This document shows, in pieces, positions 53,741 through 57,628 of a stretch of 57,628 nt of DNA. The stretch spans positions 14,485 through 72,112 of the forward strand of contig JAGDXY010000005.1 of assembly GCA_023256495.1 (NCBI GenBank). Reading direction: 5' to 3'. How positions within the stretch are numbered: the first letter of the stretch is position 1; each line of letters opens with the position of its first letter. The notes under the pieces are model-generated. The model saw only the letters and a list, made by a program, of their open reading frames with translations, was not told the DNA's origin and searched no databases. The DNA is from Candidatus Micrarchaeota archaeon. GTDB taxonomy: Archaea; Micrarchaeota; Micrarchaeia; Micrarchaeales; CABMGC01. The position numbers and the translations under genes are program-made.

Positions 53741-54592
53741 TCAAGAATTTCTTTTATACCAAAAAAGATATTGCTGGGCATAACCCGCTAAATTATTCCA
53801 TTTTTTATTTGCATATTCATGTATCTCTTTTACGTTTGCTTTCTTCAATAAATAATGCTCTTCCATAGCTTTCTTAACCCATGTATCTATAGGAAATGCT
53901 TCTAATCTTTTATAACCAAATAATAATATGCAATCAGCTACTTTGTCACCTATCCCCTCTAGCTCCATTAATCTATTCTTTGCTTCATTATAATTTAGCT
54001 TATTTATTTCGTTGATAAAATCATAATCTATAGAGTTTACTATACTATAAAGATACTTCGATCTAAAACCTAAGCCTAATGAAAGAAAATCATTTAGGCT
54101 AGCTTTTCTAAGATCTTCTAAATCAGGGAATAGTTTTTTATTTTCATTTCTAATATTTAATTGCTTACCAAATTTTTCTATTAGATTCAATGTAATCTTT
54201 CTTATTCTTTTTATATTATTTTGTTGAGAGATTACAAATACTACTATAGTTTCAAAAGGGTCATTCTTAGTTACTCTTAATCCATATAAGTTTCTTATTG
54301 CATTTTCTATATACGAATCTGTATTTATTTTACTATAGATATAGTTGAGGTCATCATTTAAGCCTAATCTATCTATTATTTCTTTTCTTGCATCTTCATC
54401 TGCATAATCTCCATAAAATTCATAAGATAGAGAATTATTATTCATTGTTATATAAAAGATACCTTTTGTTGTAGGATAAGATAAAAATTCATTATTATTA
54501 TCTAATTTATAATCACCAAAGAATGCTAGAGGTTGACCGCTCTCAAAAGTATATTTTAAATTAAATGGGCCTTTGATATCTAGATTTATCAT
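53741..54592 (-). CDS. ogg: HhH-GPD DNA glycosylase (Ogg-type N-glycosylase/DNA lyase)
   Basis: FNLKYTFESGQPLAFF at the N-terminus; HhH-GPD region LMELEGIGDKVADCILLFGY...FPIDTWV. Met 54592 is preferred over 54655. Confidence 0.78.
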   Translation of the reverse strand: MINLDIKGPFNLKYTFESGQPLAFFGDYKLDNNNEFLSYPTTKGIFYITMNNNSLSYEFYGDYADEDARKEIIDRLGLNDDLNYIYSKINTDSYIENAIRNLYGLRVTKNDPFETIVVFVISQQNNIKRIRKITLNLIEKFGKQLNIRNENKKLFPDLEDLRKASLNDFLSLGLGFRSKYLYSIVNSIDYDFINEINKLNYNEAKNRLMELEGIGDKVADCILLFGYKRLEAFPIDTWVKKAMEEHYLLKKANVKEIHEYANKKWNNLAGYAQQYLFWYKRNS

Positions 54593-54663
54593 CAAGACAC
54601 CATTATATTTTATTTTTAAATTAAAGATTTTAATACTATTAACAAAATAAAACAATTTTAAAA

Positions 54664-54736
54664 TGGGGAGTCCGAGATTTGAACTCGGGTCGCCAGCGCC
54701 CGAAGCTGGAAGCCTACCAGGCTAGCCTAACTCCCC
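54664..54736 (-). tRNA. tRNA-Pro (anticodon CGG)
   Basis: Identical to the gene at 211..283 except for g at 54702 versus a at 249, which turns the anticodon loop into TTCGGGC (CGG). Confidence 0.9.
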
Positions 54737-55822
54737 TCAAAGGAATATAGATTTATCTTTTTTAATTACAATCTCGTCTTCTATTCTTATGCCTCCTATA
54801 CCATCTATATAAATGCCTGGCTCATCACTAAATACCATATTTTCTTTTAGAGGTTTTTCACCATAAGGAGCTAAATAGTATTCAATCCCAGGATCATGTA
54901 CTTCTAAGCCAACTGAATGTCCTAAAGAATGAATAAACTTGCCTTTGAACTTTCCTCCTTTTGCATTATCAATGAAATTCAATACTTCGCTATATACCTC
55001 TTTACCCTTTACACCTTCTTTTGCTTTTTCTAGACCAAGCTTTTGAGCTTCTTCAACTACTTCATATGCTTCACTCAATAACTTATATTCTTTACTATTC
55101 TTATCAGGTTTAAAGAAGAATGTTCTTGTTACATCTGAGCAATAATTTTCGTATTTTAAACCAACGTCAAATAATACAACTTCATTTTCTTTTAATTTTG
55201 TATTGTCTGGTAAATGATGGGGTATTGCAGCATTAGCTCCAAAAGAAATGATAGGCTCAAATGATGGTCCATCACTCCTCTCATTTATTAAATTAATAAT
55301 CTTACTTTCTACCTCTTTTTCAGTCATACCCACATTTATCTCTTTATATACCTCTTCTATGATCTCTTTCATCAAATCAGATGCTCTCTTTATCTTTTCT
55401 ATTTCATCCTCATCTTTTACTACTCTTAACTCATTAATATATGAGCTGATATCTATAACATCTCTTGCTCCAAAATCTTTCTTAAATAAATTAACATATA
55501 AGAAAGGAAGGTATTCTCCATTTACTCCTATTAATGCGTTTTTTCCATATTCCTTTATTATTTCTTTAAATTCTTGCTTAGATGTAAAGCTTTTCTTGTA
55601 AACAATAAAATCATTAGGTTTTGGCTTTTTGTCTAGTATGTTTGCTATATAATCTATATGATCTCTAAATATAAATAAGGCTGCATTTTCATATATCCCT
55701 TTTTCAAAACCAGTAAAGTAGTAAAAATTAGGATCTGGCTCAAAAGATGCATTTATTATTACTACAACCTCAACATTACTAATCAAAGAGAAGAGTTTTT
55801 CAACCCGGTTTTTTATGTTCAT
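54737..55822 (-). CDS. pepQ: M24-family Xaa-Pro aminopeptidase
   Basis: The metal-ligand pattern FDVGLKYENYCSDVTRT, HSLGHSVGLEVHD, SDEPGIY and IRIEDEI. Confidence 0.88.
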   Translation of the reverse strand: MNIKNRVEKLFSLISNVEVVVIINASFEPDPNFYYFTGFEKGIYENAALFIFRDHIDYIANILDKKPKPNDFIVYKKSFTSKQEFKEIIKEYGKNALIGVNGEYLPFLYVNLFKKDFGARDVIDISSYINELRVVKDEDEIEKIKRASDLMKEIIEEVYKEINVGMTEKEVESKIINLINERSDGPSFEPIISFGANAAIPHHLPDNTKLKENEVVLFDVGLKYENYCSDVTRTFFFKPDKNSKEYKLLSEAYEVVEEAQKLGLEKAKEGVKGKEVYSEVLNFIDNAKGGKFKGKFIHSLGHSVGLEVHDPGIEYYLAPYGEKPLKENMVFSDEPGIYIDGIGGIRIEDEIVIKKDKSIFL

Positions 55823-55885
55823 AAAATAAATTAAATTATAAAAGAATAAAAGGTTTTTATATTAGAAAATCAAATATATTTTATA

Positions 55886-57049
55886 ATGAAAAGTGTTTAT
55901 ACAAGATTAAAAGACCCTAAGATAATATCAAAATTAATAAATAATATAAAGGATATAAGTAATAAGAATAGCCTTAATTCTATAACACCACCAGATATAT
56001 TTATAGGGAGAATTGGTTATCCATATGTCTCAATAGGCCCTCTTTTTGGAAATGATGCAAATGAGATATTAGCAAAGCCAGAGTATTGGGTTCATGACAA
56101 TTTAGATGATATAATAATGAAAAGGATAAGCTTATTTAGGGGTTTATACAAAGTAAAAATAAATGATATAGAGAATAAAGAAGTAATAAAATTAAGTGAA
56201 GCAGCAATAAGCTATAGAAAGATAGATGGAGAATTTCATATAGGTAAAGTAACCAATAATCTATTGTTAGATGAAAGATCTTTGCCTTTTGGACCTGGAG
56301 TAAAATTAAATGATTTTTATTTATATAATACAAATAGTGATAAGAGATTAGAAAATGCATATTATGATATTGATGCTAATGCAAATGATATAGTATTTGA
56401 ACTATATAATAAAGGAGTTGAAGTTTCTAGCATACAGAGATTATTCTCTATAGGAGGCTTAGGAATAAAGAAAAATAGAAAGTTGGTACCTACTAGATGG
56501 AGCATAACAGCAGTAGATGATATAATATCAAAAAGGTTGATAGAAAAGAGCAAGGAATTTAATCTCATAGATCATATAGAATTATTCTCTTATTCAGCAC
56601 TAGACAATCATTGGCTTATCTTTTTTATACCAGGAACATGGGAGTATGAAGTAATTGAAGCGTGGTATCCAAATGAAACATGGAATATAAGTAAAGAAAT
56701 AGAGATAGAATCATCTTATGAGCCTTATTATGGAAGAAATACTTATGCAGAGATTACTGGTAGCTACTATGCAGCTAAATTAGCTATAGGCGAATATCTA
56801 AATAGGATAAATAAGCAGGCAAAGGTATTAATATTAAGAGAAGTAAGAGAGGGCTATAAAATACCTGTCGGTGTATGGAATATAAGAGAGCATATAAGAG
56901 ATGCACTAAAGCAGAAACCAATTATCTTAAATGAATTAAATGATGCAATAACAATAATAAATAGATTTATGAGACTTAAGTTTAATGTTTGGCTAGAAAA
57001 GAGTAAATTGCTAAAAAATTTAATTTATCAAAGAAGATTGTTTGTTTAG
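55886..57049 (+). CDS. Nre-family (DUF650/DUF651-like) putative DNA-repair protein
   Basis: PPDIFIGRIGYPYVSIGPL and RKLVPTRWSITAVDD resemble the conserved Nre/DUF650 core. Recognised by eye only. Confidence 0.5.
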   Translation: MKSVYTRLKDPKIISKLINNIKDISNKNSLNSITPPDIFIGRIGYPYVSIGPLFGNDANEILAKPEYWVHDNLDDIIMKRISLFRGLYKVKINDIENKEVIKLSEAAISYRKIDGEFHIGKVTNNLLLDERSLPFGPGVKLNDFYLYNTNSDKRLENAYYDIDANANDIVFELYNKGVEVSSIQRLFSIGGLGIKKNRKLVPTRWSITAVDDIISKRLIEKSKEFNLIDHIELFSYSALDNHWLIFFIPGTWEYEVIEAWYPNETWNISKEIEIESSYEPYYGRNTYAEITGSYYAAKLAIGEYLNRINKQAKVLILREVREGYKIPVGVWNIREHIRDALKQKPIILNELNDAITIINRFMRLKFNVWLEKSKLLKNLIYQRRLFV

Positions 57050-57051
57050 TT

Positions 57052-57591
57052 TTACTTTATTATTTTTGGAATATGTATACCTCTTTGCCCTAAATAACTG
57101 CCTTTATATGAATTTTTAACTCTATTCAGAGTAATTTCAAATATTACATGCGCAAATCTTAATTTTGGCTCTAGTTTTATTTTGTATGGTGAGCCATTGA
57201 ATACCTCTAATGTAATGGTGCCTTCAAAACCAGCATCTGTTATAGTCGGTGGCATTATAAGACCATGTCTAGCCCATGTACTTCTTAGTTCAACAAATCC
57301 AACAAGATTGTCTGGCATTTTTATATATTCTATAGTCGATAGAAGAACTTGCTGATAAGGGGGAATTATTAATTCTTTTTTGTTTCTCTCTATTATGTAT
57401 TCTTTCTTTATATGCTCTTCATTTGATGGATCTATTATAAAATTATCTCCTATGTTTAGATTATGTAATGCTATTTCATCATCTAACCTTAGATCTACAC
57501 CATTTTCTCTTATTATCTCTTTATTAAAAGGTTTTATTACTAACCTTTTATCTCTTATCATATTTATTAGATCGAAATCAGATAGGATCAT
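57052..57591 (-). CDS. dcd: dCTP deaminase (dUTPase superfamily)
   Basis: MILSDFDLINMIRDKRLVIKPF...ENGVDLRL...STWARHGL...DAGFEGTITLE is the typical Dcd pattern. Confidence 0.9.
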   Translation of the reverse strand: MILSDFDLINMIRDKRLVIKPFNKEIIRENGVDLRLDDEIALHNLNIGDNFIIDPSNEEHIKKEYIIERNKKELIIPPYQQVLLSTIEYIKMPDNLVGFVELRSTWARHGLIMPPTITDAGFEGTITLEVFNGSPYKIKLEPKLRFAHVIFEITLNRVKNSYKGSYLGQRGIHIPKIIK

Positions 57592-57628
57592 ATTGGTCTA
57601 TCAACATTATATTTAAAATTATTAAAAA

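Noticed and set aside
211-54736. The two near-identical tRNA-Pro sequences as direct repeats (att sites) bounding a 54-kb integrated element
   Set aside because: Both are complete, functional-looking isoacceptors with different anticodons. The interval is full of housekeeping genes (r-proteins, aaRS, Topo VI, SecDF), and no integrase or recombinase was seen.
1-57628. CRISPR arrays, IS elements, integrases and rRNA genes
   Set aside because: Scanning by eye found no regularly spaced direct repeats, no transposase- or integrase-like ORFs and no rRNA-like GC-rich stretches. A computational repeat search would be needed to be definitive.

Overview
This is a gene-dense, strongly AT-rich archaeal chromosome segment; the AT-richness is judged by eye, not computed. 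Archaeal identity rests on Topo VI subunit B, ribosomal proteins L40e/S8e/L21e/L15/L30, the RpoF(Rpo4)+DUF655 pair, Pelota, an aDim2-like KH protein, archaeal-size AspRS and SecF/SecD. It also rests on a tRNA(CAU) with a canonical 37/38 intron and several proteins with class III (type IV pilin-like) signal peptides. Five tRNAs were found: Pro-UGG, His-GUG, Met/Ile2-CAU with intron, Leu-CAG and Pro-CGG. Genes overlap pervasively and the r-protein operon is fragmented. Several proteins look split at domain level: two TadC-like halves, a stand-alone single-repeat TBP, and a VirB4-like ATPase without an N-domain. This fits a streamlined, possibly DPANN/nano-sized symbiont genome (inference only). 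There are four blocks of accessory content. (1) 5.3-10.4 kb holds a type IV pilus/Tad-like operon. (2) 16.5-32.5 kb is the standout, a ~16 kb single-strand gene train. It encodes a MoxR AAA+ ATPase, a polytopic membrane protein and six tandem paralogous polytopic membrane proteins sharing an FRSxP..R..GG signature. These are followed by two paralogous 2-TM proteins and a VirB4/HerA-type ATPase with an HhH-like tail. The train ends with small HhH-like, Zn-ribbon/TM and wHTH-like proteins and a 746-aa bitopic sequon-rich surface protein. I cannot assign it to any described system; the closest analogy is a T4SS/Ced-like DNA or macromolecule translocation machine. (3) 38.6-45.2 kb holds glycosylation genes. 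(4) 51.9-53.7 kb holds a DsrE-TusA-SQR sulfur module. No CRISPR array, IS element, integrase or rRNA was seen.
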